DNA of 64,000 bases. Source: Podospora anserina (lineage: Eukaryota). The DNA lies in NCBI GenBank assembly GCA_017654855.1, contig CM030336.1, forward strand, positions 4,588,001 through 4,652,000, written 5' to 3'. How positions within the stretch are numbered: position 1 is the first letter of the stretch; each line of letters starts with the position of its first letter. Below the pieces are notes generated by a model. That model did not search any database. It was not told where the DNA came from and saw only the letters and a list, made by a program, of their open reading frames with translations. The position numbers and the translations under genes are program-made. Positions 37,790 through 49,351 of the stretch are shown here, in pieces.

Positions 37790-40234
37790 TCAAATCATGC
37801 TCACAAATCCGCCACCCTGGAGGAATCGTATCTGTTGCTCCTTCAAATCAGCCCAATTCCTCAACTCCTGCTCTTCATCTTCCAACAAAGGAGGCGGTAA
37901 CATCCCACTCAGTTGGCCAAAGTGATCAAAATGCAGATTATGTGCGTGTTGCGGGTTGATTGTCGGCGCAGCCCTCTCCAATCTCATCAAGATATCCACA
38001 AACTTGCTTAGTGGCTCCTCAGCCTTTTGCGCAACAGGACCCTTCCGATCCGGGGCGCAGTTCAGCAGAGTTGATGCGACTTGGCGAATCTTGTTGATGA
38101 GACTGCTTCCGTTGGGCTCCATGTTACGTTGCGTGATGGAAGTGAGGACCGTCAGCAGGTTCTGCACGATTAGCTCCCGCTCATCAAACATCTGTGCATC
38201 AATGGGATCCTGCTGCTGAGCAGCTGCGTGGAGGGCGGCGGCGGCGACCGACTTAGAGACCGCATCTGACCCCAGAGCGCCATCAGTTCCGTTACCATTG
38301 ACAGCGTTCTCGGTAGCATATGCCTGTGCCTGTGCGGCTTGGGCAGCTTGGACTCGTGCTTGTTCGCGGTGATTGTCGCGGAGGTTGAGGTAACGCTCAA
38401 CATAGTAGGAACGCGTCGCCAGCTGAGAGGCATATATATTCGCTTTCTGGATCTCGTACTGCAAACGCCTCGTCTCGGCATCTTGCGAACTCGCCTGTGT
38501 CTGGACGGGAAGATAGTCGGGTGGTAGGTAGACATAAGTATTTCCTGTGTCGTAGTAGTTTGTAGCATTCGGCAAATCCATGCCGGATAGGCTGCTCCCG
38601 TCGTTCGTATGTTGGCCAAGATTGATGGTCAGCTCTGGCGGTAAGTGATCCATGACCTGCTTGACAGCCCCCAGACAGTCATCCAGCATCGATCTTTGAT
38701 CATGAAAGCCCAGCGAGGATATCCCGTAAGACAGTTCAATGCTGACCAGACCGTTCATGGTCATGTAGATTTTGATGCCCTGGATGAAGCCCGTCATTAG
38801 GGACACGACGCCTTCCGGTTGTACAAGGATTTGATGTGGAAGAATGTATTGATCGTCGACCTCGGCAGGGAACTCGGGATATGGTTCGGCCGGGGTAGGT
38901 GGTGGAAAGATGATTTCACTATGAGGCGCGCCGATCTGTACCATGGATCTGACACCGACAAACATGCACCAAAAGATGCGCTTGCCCAGCTGGTCTTCAA
39001 CGTGGTTGAACGATGGCCCTCGATAGGTAACCCCAAACATGTGCGACCCCGTTTCTCGCGGCTTGTGATAACCCATCTCGCGGATAAAGTCCATGGTTTG
39101 GCTCATGAACCGCCGGCAGACTTTCCATTGCATGGTGTACCCCGCTGCCAGACCGAGAAAATAGCTAGTCGCAGCATCGTAGACGGTGATATCATCCTTG
39201 TAAGGAAAGGCCGAACCACGAGCTTCGGTTGCGACAACACGACATCTTTCGATGAAGTTGATGGCTTTGGGAAACATGGCCAGCCCGTTAGGATGGTGTT
39301 TGAGATGCAGCCGAGCAGCACGTGGGAACGAGGCCACTAGACACCCAATCATGCTGGCCAGCAGGGCGAGGAACTCTCGGCTTGTCCTGTCTTCGCGTCT
39401 CATGAAAGAGTTTCGAAACGTGGGCTCGTGGGGGAAAGGCGCTAGCGGGTGTATATACCTGAAGAAATCGTCCACAAGAGGGACCAGCACCTCGAATGGG
39501 GCTATGAGCTCAGCGGACCACACAGGCTGCGCACCATGTAGCCCAGCAATGGATATCAGAGTCTCGGCGGCATTGTGCGGTCCTGGGCTCAGATTCGGCT
39601 CGAGGCGGGGCTGCTTTGCGGCTTTGGCAGCTTCGGCGTGTTTGTTTGGTGGCCCTCGGCGTTTCATGGTGCGGTTGAAGGTGCAGTCGACACCAAGGTC
39701 GCGACATGGGCGGCATGGCTGCGTCTCATCGCACTGGAAAGAAGAAAACTCGTCAGTCGGGAAGCACATAGAGACACTTGGGAGAAGAGGATGTGCAACC
39801 TTAACCTTGCGCTGACTACACATGTCACAGGCTCGGCGCAAGCGGGTAGCTTTCGAGGCGGCACCTGGAGGGGTTGCAGAACCGCCCTGGGATACTGGTG
39901 GCTGACCTGATGGGAGCCCGGCCGGTGGATGGTATGGCAAGCCATCAGGATGCGGTACATAATGTGAGGCTGGCGAAGATGCGGGTTGTGCGAGGGCTAA
40001 GGGGGTGGTTGGCGGTGGGGGCCCTGCGACGGAATCTTGAAGGGCCTGTAAGCTGTGATGGGCAACAGCAGAGGCAGCAGCATCGGCGGCATATTGGGGA
40101 TGTGGTTGAGGCTGGGTCGCGAGGTCGTCGGAGTCGTTGTGGGCAACAGGTTGTGATGGTGCGGACGTGTCGTTGGTGGGGACCTGGGCGTCGGTGGTGT
40201 TGTTGGAGGGCGGTGGTGGATAGTTGGATGACAT
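37790..40234 (-). CDS. Zn(II)2Cys6 transcription factor with a fungal TF middle-homology region
   Basis: RACDMCSQRKVK|CDETQPCRPCRDLGVDC once the 66-nt intron 39734-39799 is removed; FFRYIHPLAPFPHEPTF; KRIFW. ATG 40234 (MSSNYPP). Confidence 0.92.
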   Translation of the reverse strand: MSSNYPPPPSNNTTDAQVPTNDTSAPSQPVAHNDSDDLATQPQPHPQYAADAAASAVAHHSLQALQDSVAGPPPPTTPLALAQPASSPASHYVPHPDGLPYHPPAGLPSGQPPVSQGGSATPPGAASKATRLRRACDMCSQRKVKVAHPLLPSVSMCFPTDEFSSFQCDETQPCRPCRDLGVDCTFNRTMKRRGPPNKHAEAAKAAKQPRLEPNLSPGPHNAAETLISIAGLHGAQPVWSAELIAPFEVLVPLVDDFFRYIHPLAPFPHEPTFRNSFMRREDRTSREFLALLASMIGCLVASFPRAARLHLKHHPNGLAMFPKAINFIERCRVVATEARGSAFPYKDDITVYDAATSYFLGLAAGYTMQWKVCRRFMSQTMDFIREMGYHKPRETGSHMFGVTYRGPSFNHVEDQLGKRIFWCMFVGVRSMVQIGAPHSEIIFPPPTPAEPYPEFPAEVDDQYILPHQILVQPEGVVSLMTGFIQGIKIYMTMNGLVSIELSYGISSLGFHDQRSMLDDCLGAVKQVMDHLPPELTINLGQHTNDGSSLSGMDLPNATNYYDTGNTYVYLPPDYLPVQTQASSQDAETRRLQYEIQKANIYASQLATRSYYVERYLNLRDNHREQARVQAAQAAQAQAYATENAVNGNGTDGALGSDAVSKSVAAAALHAAAQQQDPIDAQMFDERELIVQNLLTVLTSITQRNMEPNGSSLINKIRQVASTLLNCAPDRKGPVAQKAEEPLSKFVDILMRLERAAPTINPQHAHNLHFDHFGQLSGMLPPPLLEDEEQELRNWADLKEQQIRFLQGGGFVSMI

Positions 40235-41508
40235 GATAATGATAAGCTTCAGTGACGTCCGATAATCGCACAATATAACTGGCCCAGCGCACTTTTACGG
40301 CTTCACTCCGGGTGATTCTGCCACTGGCGATTTTTCGGCGAAGGTCCGGGAGAATCACGGATCTTTTTTTGCGCCAAACCAAACGACAACATCCACAGGG
40401 GCCTGAGAAGTCACGTGGCTACCCGGAGCTGCCTTATCGGTTATCATCAGCCTATCAATCCCACCATCCTATCGCCATAGCCCACAAAGTGCACGGCCCT
40501 TTTGCATTCTGAGTCCAATTTGCAAGGGCGCCCGGACCACCCGAAGCACCAGTATATATTCGCGGTTCCCCTCCAATTCTTTCCACTTTCCCTTTCTCTT
40601 TTCTTCTTTATACTTACCTTGGCTGGCCTCCGGGAGATCATGAATTCCTAGAGGTATGTCGAAGAGCCTTCATTGCACATCGAGGAGTTTTTCGTCATTG
40701 TTTGCCCTTCGGGGTCGACAGGGCTGTAATTTTTGATGTTTACTTTTTTTCATTGTGCGCTTGACCTTTGTTGAGCCATGAGGAAGAAGCAAGATCTGGC
40801 AGCTTGCAGTGTTGTTTGACCGTGTTTTCTGCGATGATATGTCACCATGTTGGTGTTCTGGTGTTCATTCCCGTGTTTGACATTGATGTTGCCAATTCTA
40901 CTTTTTCCGGAGTTGAGAGTACCTACCCACAGAGTTTCACATCTAACAGTGTGGTGTGCAATACCCGCAAGGGCTTACCATCATTTACGATCGATATTAA
41001 TGGTCGTCCATTTATATTAAGTAATACTTGTTTGCCTTTGGGCGATATTGTTCTCGAAAGGCTTGCATTTATCTTGCAGTTGCGTATAACATCCTAGTTA
41101 AACTAGGAACTGCTGGCTAACTCCAACTGAAACGATGACTATGCTGTATGCCTGGGTATGCAGCCTGTGGTCAGGATCTGGATGGATAATAACCGGAGTC
41201 AAAGACTTGGTGATCAACAGGTCATTTTAATGCGTAAAGTCGAAACCAGGCTGTGTGGCTGGAGGAAAGACTGGGGGGGACTGCTTCTGTTTTGGTGGAA
41301 AAAGAGGGCAGAAGCATGAACGAAGCTCTGTTGTGTGGCGAGAAAAAAGCCAGGCAGCCACCTCACTTCGACACCTGGTCGCACCTTCCAAAACCAAAAC
41401 TTTGTCAATTTTTGCAGCACCGAGGGGCTGAAACTCGGAGTCCTCTAACAAGAACGCCAATCGCTCATGCTACCATAACAAGTTCTACCTCCTCATCCGT
41501 TTCCCCTC

Positions 41509-42066
41509 TCAAGCCTTGGTCGGCGACGTCAACTGCCAAGCATCAATAGCGACGTACCCATTCCCTGATGTCAGAATCCCGACTGCAATTACGTTGTTCA
41601 GCCAGTAATACTTGGAGCTCCCCGTCTCAAATTTGATGCGGAGGTGGATGAAGCCATCGGACTGCGCCGGACCGCTCGTGCTGATGAAGATGTGGGCATT
41701 GTCATCAGTCTGAAGCTGGTAGCGTGTGTCGGCCGAGAAGGTGTTCTTAGAGTCAATCAGGCCCCAGTCAGCACCGAGGGGAAGGACTTTGCCTACATTG
41801 CAAACGTGTCAGCTTAGGAAGGGGAGGTTGGTGTAGGTTGGTCAGCTCGTACCGGACAAGCGAGGCCCCTTGAAGGATCCACCGGTGATGGGGATCACCA
41901 CACGGTTGCCGTTGGGACCAGCTCCTACAGGAAGGGAGGCACCCAATGTGCAGTTGAGGGAGTAGAGGAATGTCAGGCCTGGTGCCCGAGGTGTTGCTTG
42001 TGCCAGTGCCAAGCCTGAGAACAGGAGGCAGGTAAGGGTGCAAATGACGGCGCGGATGGACAGCAT
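41509..42066 (-). CDS. DUF3237 (UPF0311) protein with a signal peptide
   Basis: GPNGNRVVIPITGGSFKGPRLS|GKVLPLGADWG...DTRYQLQTDDNAHIFI...FETGSSKYYWLNNVIAVG. One intron at ~41794-41850. Confidence 0.85.
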
Positions 42067-43684
42067 TTTGGTGTTATTGATGTTTGATGACTGGCTGTTG
42101 ATGATAATCTAGAGACGACCCGGCTCCCTTTTTTCGTCCCGAGAAGATGCGACCTTTTATACACCGACATGGTGCCCACAAAAATGAGGCTGGCACATGC
42201 CGTTCTCTAGTACCGACACCCCGGGCCGATGTTGTAACCGCTTGAATCGCATTGAACAAATCACGGACTAGACAAGCGATCAACAAGCCTTCCAATCAGA
42301 TCTTGCGGGGAAGCAGCTCGCTTGCTTCCATGCTGGTCTAGCTCTTTTCTTCCGGACTTCCATTCTGGGCCGGCTGAATGCGACATCGTCGACGTCTGCA
42401 GACAATTGCCCGCCCATCAAGCGGCACGTCAGAACCCAAAACCCCCATCAGTGACGAGCAGGCCGCATTTCCCAATCTCATGTCAAAGATCACGGAGAGA
42501 TTATGCATGGGTCAGAACTCAAAAGCGGCCAACCTGACAAAGCAGCAGCGCAAGGATTGGCAGCGATTCGACGTTGCATTCCGAAGATCCTTGCATGAAG
42601 CCACGCCAAGTTCAATGACCAGTATTTGGAGTGAGTTGGGATTTGAGGGATTGTGGCGTACGGGTATCATGGGGCACAGCAAGGTCGTTGGGCCTCGTAT
42701 GCTGTTCCCTTGCAACGGGACCAGATTCGGGTGTATGTGATTGTCAACTGTCGAAATATGGGAGGACCAGGACACCAAGAGCTCTCATCCAAGGTCCGAG
42801 CCATCTCGGTCCAAAGGGCATCACACAGTCGGCAAAGAGACGTGGATGTTGAGCTGGCTGAGGACGAGGACGTGAGGCTGTTGTAGCACTTGGGCCGCCT
42901 GGCCTTGTCCCGCCATGTTGTTGCTGACAACAGTAAGATTGTAAGCCGGACGGATCCACGAGCTAGCACAACATCTCCACAGACCACAAACCTCCAGGAT
43001 GACGGTCACAACGATTCCATGTCATACGCAATCAGCACGGTCGGGAAGGAGGATGGCTTCGGCGATAACAACCAAATGCAGATTGGGCCACTGAGTGTAG
43101 CTGACGGTGCCCGTGGTGTGCCAAAGTTCCCTACACTGTCCGCACTGGGCATCCAATCACTGTTCGCGCGGCCGTAAACACTTGGTGGTAGTCACTGCAC
43201 GGTTCCCACGTCTTTCCTGCCGCCGTCGGCCCTCCTTCATTGCCGCGTTTGTTCAGGTTGCTCAGGATCGTTTGGGCATCCGAGGTTTCCAGTCCTACAA
43301 GGAATCGCGCGAGAGGATCATTAGGCAAACAGGCCAGGGACATACCCTGCAGTTGTGATGGAGATGTGGACTATGCCAGATGCCAAGCTGTGTTGTTTGG
43401 ATGGACTTTGAGGCAACCGCTAGGCGCGATGGGTTATGGAATGTATTACGGTAAGACAGGTTCGTGACAGAGTGGCCTGGGTTTGGGAACACCTGGGCGG
43501 GGCAGACAAGCAAGAGGCAGGAGGTTTCCATGCCGTGGGTTGCAAGTGAGGCAAGTCCTATAAAGGCGCAATCTGTTGCAGCTGCGTCTTGAGCATGTTC
43601 CCGTAAGTCTCCCTCATCCAAAAAGTATCCAAACATTATTGTTTCTCCTGACATTTGTGTTTCATTCTGCACAACCTTACGGCC

Positions 43685-45005
43685 ATGGCCTTGCTTAAAA
43701 CCCGCGCCAAGTTGGCAGAGAATGCCCCCTACACGAACCTAGACCTTATTAACATGGTTGATACGCAAGTTATCCCGCTGCAAATGAGTCGCTCAGCCGT
43801 TGGCTTTTCTGTTAGTGTTGGCTAACTCCTCCTTCTCTTGCACTAGTTGGCCATACCCTTCGTCACCCTCGTACAACACCCACCTCGCAAAATACTACAC
43901 TTTCTTCGTCGACACATACGCAGAGCCCTTCGGCTACATCCACGACAACTTTGTTTCTGACCTCCCTTGGCCGACCGAATACTGGCTCGTCGACCACGAT
44001 GCCAAGACGATCACTCTCAAGGTCGCACAAGGGTCCACTGATGGGTTCGGGGCCCGCACCAAAGCAATGAGAGAAACCCTCTGGCTTGGACACCTCCATG
44101 TTGCGGCCGAGAACAGAAAGGCTGGAGTGATAGGCCGACGCTCCCTGTATCGGTGGTGCAACGAGTCGTTCCCACTGCTCTATCCACCAACCGGAGAGCC
44201 AGTCTTGGAACTTGATGGGTGCGGGGTGGATATGCTAGGGATTATCAACGAGAGTGTTTTTCTTGTCGCCTACACTTACTGCTCCCCCACCACGCCGAAG
44301 ATTCCTTCGTCGTCCACGACGTCATTGTCCACCCTTGAAAGAGCTACATCTTCGACCTCGATCGCGTCGCTGGCTAGCGGGGCGGGGACGTCTACCGCTA
44401 CCACGCCCCTGTCGGAGGTTGACATTTCGAAGCTTGTCTTCAACAGCACTGTTTCTTTGACTCACACTGCTAACTGCGCCATCACCCGCCCTGATGATGA
44501 AGCCTCTGAGGAAAAAGAGCTCCGAGTGTACCTCTCCCGCCGCGCAAAGTGGAAATCGGCCTGGCCCTCGCTCTTGGACTGCACCGCCGCTGGTGGCCTC
44601 TCTTCTTCTGACCTCTCTCCCCTGGAGGGAATGATTAGAGAGGCCCACGAGGAGGTCCGGCTCCCGTCTCCGTTCCTTCGCTCCCATGCCAAACTCATTG
44701 GTGAGAACAGATTGATGCTTACGGAGACAGAAATCGGAGAGGAGGGTTGCCAAATGCAGCTGCAGCATTGTTTCGAGGTTGAGCTGCCTGAGGGGGTTGT
44801 GCCAAGGCCAGGGGAGGGAGATGGGGAGGTGGCGGGCTGGGAGTTGGTTACTGTGCCGGAGATGAAGGAGAGGATGAGGATGGGGGAGGTGAAGCCGGCG
44901 AGTGGGTTGGTGTTGATGAGGTGGATGTTGGAACGGGGGTTGCTGACTGACGAGGAGGGAAAGGGTGTGGGGGAGAGGTTGGGGCGGGAGTGGGTGGTTG
45001 AGTGA
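43685..45005 (+). CDS. NUDIX hydrolase (thiamine pyrophosphokinase-related type) with a GC-AG first intron
   Basis: Exon 1 MALLKTRAKLAENAPYTNLDLINMVD joins in frame to TWPYP through intron 43765-43846. SRRAKWKSAWPSLLDCTAAGG, NUDIX box REAHEEV, and PGEGDGEV. Confidence 0.82.
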
Positions 45006-45179
45006 GTTGAAGGGAAGTAGGTTTGGATATCACAGAATGAGTACACGAAATAATGACGTTGTTTATAACCACGTTCAAGAACTAGCGAATGTCCAGCGTC
45101 GTATGTACAAGTTCAGTCTGCCAGATAGATACACCGCCTGCATTTTGTCCATCACCCCTCTCTTGCGTGCCCTCACGGA

Positions 45180-45929
45180 CTAGCACCCCGAAGTCTTGAT
45201 AGCAGCAGTAGCACAGGCCGTACCGGAAGGACCACTCCCAATTTTGGTCGGCTCCTTGCCACTGTTATTCCCCTGATAAATCCAGCACGCAGCCCCCTTG
45301 AGCAAACAGCTATTCCTCACGCTGGTGGTATCCCCAAAATTAGCATTCACCCCCGCCACCACCTGCGACGACCCCTCGACCTTGATATTGTCAAACGTCG
45401 AATGCCTCGCGTATTGCGTCCCGCAATTCCCGCAAGAGCGATACAATTTGCCGATGTTGGCGGCATAGAAGTTCTTGACGGCGACCAAACCCCCGCCGTT
45501 GTGCTGGAAGACTTTGTCGCTGGCACCGCGGGCACCGCCGCCGTTGACGTAGGAGGTTCCGGAGGTTTGGCGGAAGGTGGCGGCGTCCTCGCAGACGTCG
45601 GTCCACCAGACGTTGTTGAGGGTGCAGGTTCCTTTGCAGTGGACGCCCTCGCCGTTGTTGGGACCGATGATGACGTTGGAGAGGGTTGCGCCGTCTTGGA
45701 GGATGAAGACGGCGTCTTTTTCGCCGCCTTCGGATTGGTCGGAGCAGGTCGAGGGGGAGCGGTCCCATTGTTTCATGCCGCCGTCGAGGGTTTGGCCGGC
45801 GGGGATGGTGCGGGCTGCGGAGAGGTGGGTTGTTGCTGAGGGGATGGGGAAGGTGCTGCGGAGGGCGGTGTTGGTTTGGGCGGTGGCTAGGCCGGCCATG
45901 GAGGCGAGGAGGAGGGTGAGGGGGTGCAT
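45180..45929 (-). CDS. Secreted pectate lyase (polysaccharide lyase family 3)
   Basis: Signal peptide; DAVFILQDGATLSNVIIG, EGVHCKGTCTLNNVWWTDVCEDA, DKVFQHNG and GKLYRSCGNC. Confidence 0.95.
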   Translation of the reverse strand: MHPLTLLLASMAGLATAQTNTALRSTFPIPSATTHLSAARTIPAGQTLDGGMKQWDRSPSTCSDQSEGGEKDAVFILQDGATLSNVIIGPNNGEGVHCKGTCTLNNVWWTDVCEDAATFRQTSGTSYVNGGGARGASDKVFQHNGGGLVAVKNFYAANIGKLYRSCGNCGTQYARHSTFDNIKVEGSSQVVAGVNANFGDTTSVRNSCLLKGAACWIYQGNNSGKEPTKIGSGPSGTACATAAIKTSGC

Positions 45930-45973
45930 TTTGTTGGTTTTGGGGGGAGGGTTGAAAGTGGAGAGATGGATGG

Positions 45974-46021
45974 CTTGGTGGTGGTGGTGGTGGTGGTGAT
46001 GGTGATGGTGATGGTGATGGT
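45974..46021. repeat. Compound microsatellite (GGT)n(GATGGT)n in the 5' leader of the pectate lyase
   Basis: Direct reading: tggtggtggtggtggtggtggtgatggtgatggtgatggtgatgg. Confidence 0.9.
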
Positions 46022-47044
46022 CTGGACTCCTGGACAGGAAGAGATGTCTTTATACTTCTCCCCTGCTGATATCAACATGTCATCCGATCCACCTTGCCTT
46101 GTAAACTGGACGGACTACTGCTACCAAACCAGGGAATGACTGCCGGTTTCATGACTGACAGACCCACCTGTCTTCTGGGATGGCCTGGCCGGGATTTTGT
46201 TTCCACTGCGGAAAGATTCTCCATCGTGTCTTCGTACAGGTGTATCTTCAGACACGATGTGGCGTCGGGTAGCTGCACCCCAGACAGTCCTGAGCAATAT
46301 TTCTTCATCTTCGGGTGTGTTTCGAGGCTGAGAGACATTCAACTGACTTTCACTGCGGCCCTGCCAGTGGGATGGAGGCTGTCTGCCCAGCTCTGTGAAG
46401 TGAAATTCGCACGAATCATCCCTGGCTTCAACCCCAGCATCTGTACAATGTCATGGCTTTAACGCCAATCAGTGTAACACAGCACTAACTCTCCTACACA
46501 ACACCCGATGTAAGGTATCGATGTCTGCTACCATCATCTACCTGTCAGTGGAGTTGAACCACAACGTAGCACCCCCTTCACCGAAACCACGGAAATTGCC
46601 TTCTTGATCCCTGCCGCCCATCCGCATCATCGTGTCCGGAGCTGGCTAACCTGTTTCAACAGCGGAAGATGTCTTGGCGGTCAGTAACAGTCCAGTTGCG
46701 CCGAGATCTGGGAATAGGGGACTCAAAAAACGTTTATGCGACGTCTTGGCGCCGGGACGGGAGGTGGTTGGTGGGAATATCTTTCTGGGGGTGATCCACA
46801 CGTTAACGAGATGATCATGGGATTTCCTGCAAGATGGAAGGGAGAACGTGTAAGTTGGAAGGATGCAGGAAAAACATTCTGTCGGGTTGTTAGAGTGGGC
46901 TTGGCGGATATGGTGATGGAACAAAGGCGACTGGTGGATTTTAGGTAGGATCATGGGGTTGACTGGCTGCTGTTCACCAACCACTTACTCAAGACAAGAA
47001 ATTTTAATCGCGAGAGAGTAATGTTATGACTTTTTGTTTGCTGT

Positions 47045-48431
47045 TTAAGCATTCCCGTCTTCACCCCGGGTGATGTAGTTGACAAGGTCCTTGTGCTGCT
47101 TCTCATACTCCTGCTCCTGCCAAAAAGCTGCTACCGACAGCAGCTTCCGTCCCACCTCCACCAACCGTGTGGCAAAAGCACTAATCATCTCTAACTCTCC
47201 TCGAACCTTGTCCCTTATCTCGCGGTAGCTCCTTAGAGAGCGAATCGTTATCTTGGCGTAAATCTTCGTCGAGGTACTTCGCAATGCAGCTGTGTGGAGG
47301 GTCGGCCTTTTCGAGACCGATGACCACTCCCTGAACTGGCTCCAAAGCCTTACCCCGTTGAGACTCCAACTGACCGAGCAGCTGAGCAAGCTGGTCAAGC
47401 AGACGGTGCGCCATAATAGCACGCTGCAGCTTCACCTTGCTGTTGGTCATCTCCTCAAGACAAGTGGCTCTCATGCCCGCTTCGATTTCATTGGCAGTTA
47501 TCAACAGGTGTTGCATATCCGGCATAGCTGCCAGGCCCAGCCTCGTTCTTAATAAACCCTGGACAACTTCGTGGCGATTGTCCATGTTCAGTCGGAGCTG
47601 CCGATAGTCGTCGTCCAGGCTAGACTTTGGCTCCACCCAGTCGTGGACATTCTCCCGACAAAACAAACATCTTCAAGACCACCCGCCAGAAATCAGAAAT
47701 CTTTCTTGAAAAAGAGGGGGCTCCAGACAGGATAGAAACACCAACAAAAGGAGGGGGAAGATTCCATTTGCTTCGTAATCCGGGTTCTTGATGGCTTCGG
47801 GAGCTTTGACCTCCCAATCCTGGAAACTGTGGCTTTTGAGGCGATCCTTGATGATGTTGTGTGCGATGAGGTTGTATTCATCCGTGACCAGATCGTCAGA
47901 CGAACAGGAGTAGAAGGTGTAGGTTTTGGCGTCTAGACCGAGGTGTATCAAGCCTGAGGGACCTCCTGACGTGGAGTTTTTGATGTAAAGAAAGCGTTTC
48001 GGCTTGACTAAATCAAGGGCCTTGACCAGACTAGCTCCAAGGTCGTGGTATTTGTAATGATCGGATAAGAAGTCGTCTATCTATTCCGATGCTGTCTCGC
48101 TGGCCGCTTCTGATGTCACCCGAGTCCACGAAACATCCAAGATGATCTCGAACCCCACGCTTGCTGTTTGATTGTCAGATGGGTGGTAGTGGTCGTCGGT
48201 GTCCTCTTCAATCTTGGCAGGCTGCGCAGCCAACATTGGGCTGCTGTCGATCTTTGTCTTTTGTGCTTTGCCTTGGGAGGGACGCCGCTCGCTCACATCG
48301 ATGTCACTTCCTGGACGTTTCCTCGCCCGATTTTCATTTTCTGGTAACATGCCCCGTGCCCGAAGAAGGGCTGATGACAACGTTGTCTTCTTTGCTGGTG
48401 TGCTGGAAAGCCTCAGGCTGGAAAATGGCAT
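47045..48431 (-). pseudogene. Probable pseudogene of an unknown protein
   Basis: ORFs 48081-48431, 47673-47951 and 47181-47666 share one frame, broken only by TAG (48081-48083) and TGA (47673-47675). The protein-like C-terminus seems to continue in another frame (to 47045). Confidence 0.5.
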
Positions 48432-49351
48432 GGCGATTTAGTCGATTCGATTTTCGAGCACTGAACGGCGAGGTTCCTAGTAGATGGGAGAGAAGTCAGC
48501 TTTTTTTAAAAAGAACAGTAATGTAGGAGAGGGCAAGGCGCTAGCTGCCGGAAGAAAATGTCCCCGGAGCACACTGGTTCAACCAGACTGGTGGAACCCC
48601 AACCCTGGGCATGGGAAACCATCACCTCAGTTGACTTACGGCGCAGTCACTCTTTTAAGTGGGCAATGCAGGACCCCTCCCACACCCCAATGCTACGGAG
48701 CATTTCGTCAGTTGAGCCGCATCCCCACCTCAACGGCCCAGTCTGGCGGCCCGCCAATCAAACACGCAAATCTTTTTCCTGTTGGGCTGTTGGGGGTGAA
48801 CTGATAGACCACGTCGACTTTTCTCCAGTACTTACAGTCAATTGATGATGCCTCTGGAATACGACCGATTTAGCACCAGGGTCGGTACTTCGACGTGATC
48901 AGAGTCCACGAGCTGTTTGCTTGACACGGAGAGTCGGTACAGAAACCCTGATAGAGAACGGCCAGGAAGCTCGATTGTTTGTCTGATAGAGAATGGCCAC
49001 GAAGCTCGATTGTTTGCAGCTTTGTCGTGGTTTCAGATGGACCTCCATGGGCATATTGACATATTTGGCGCAAGCAAGGCAGATCCCGCGCCGTCCCGGT
49101 TGATCAACAGCACGGCTGAGAGGGGGCCAGCCCATCACCACAACCGCCAATGAGATTGACGCAAACATGAGCCAACACTCTCCCAAGACGTCTCTATACT
49201 TATGGCTCATGCCCTGGAAATACCTCCTGTGCGTTTCAGTTTTTTCAGTTCCTCAATCACGTCAACTGACAACTACCCCCAGTTCTAATGCTTCAAATCA
49301 ATCTTTCCGTACCAAGGTTGCCCGATTATCTCGATTGAATGCGAACACGAA

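Noticed and set aside
37790-40234. Zn2Cys6 factor as the cluster's pathway regulator
   Set aside because: I saw no cluster motif upstream of it, it looks like a conserved general regulator, and a Myb gene lies inside the cluster. Not fully excluded.
42300-43670. Several 70-125 aa ORFs
   Set aside because: No motifs, consistent splice pattern or coding bias; treated as intergenic.
46470-46950. Possible gene fragment
   Set aside because: Could not be assembled into a coherent frame or assigned to a family.
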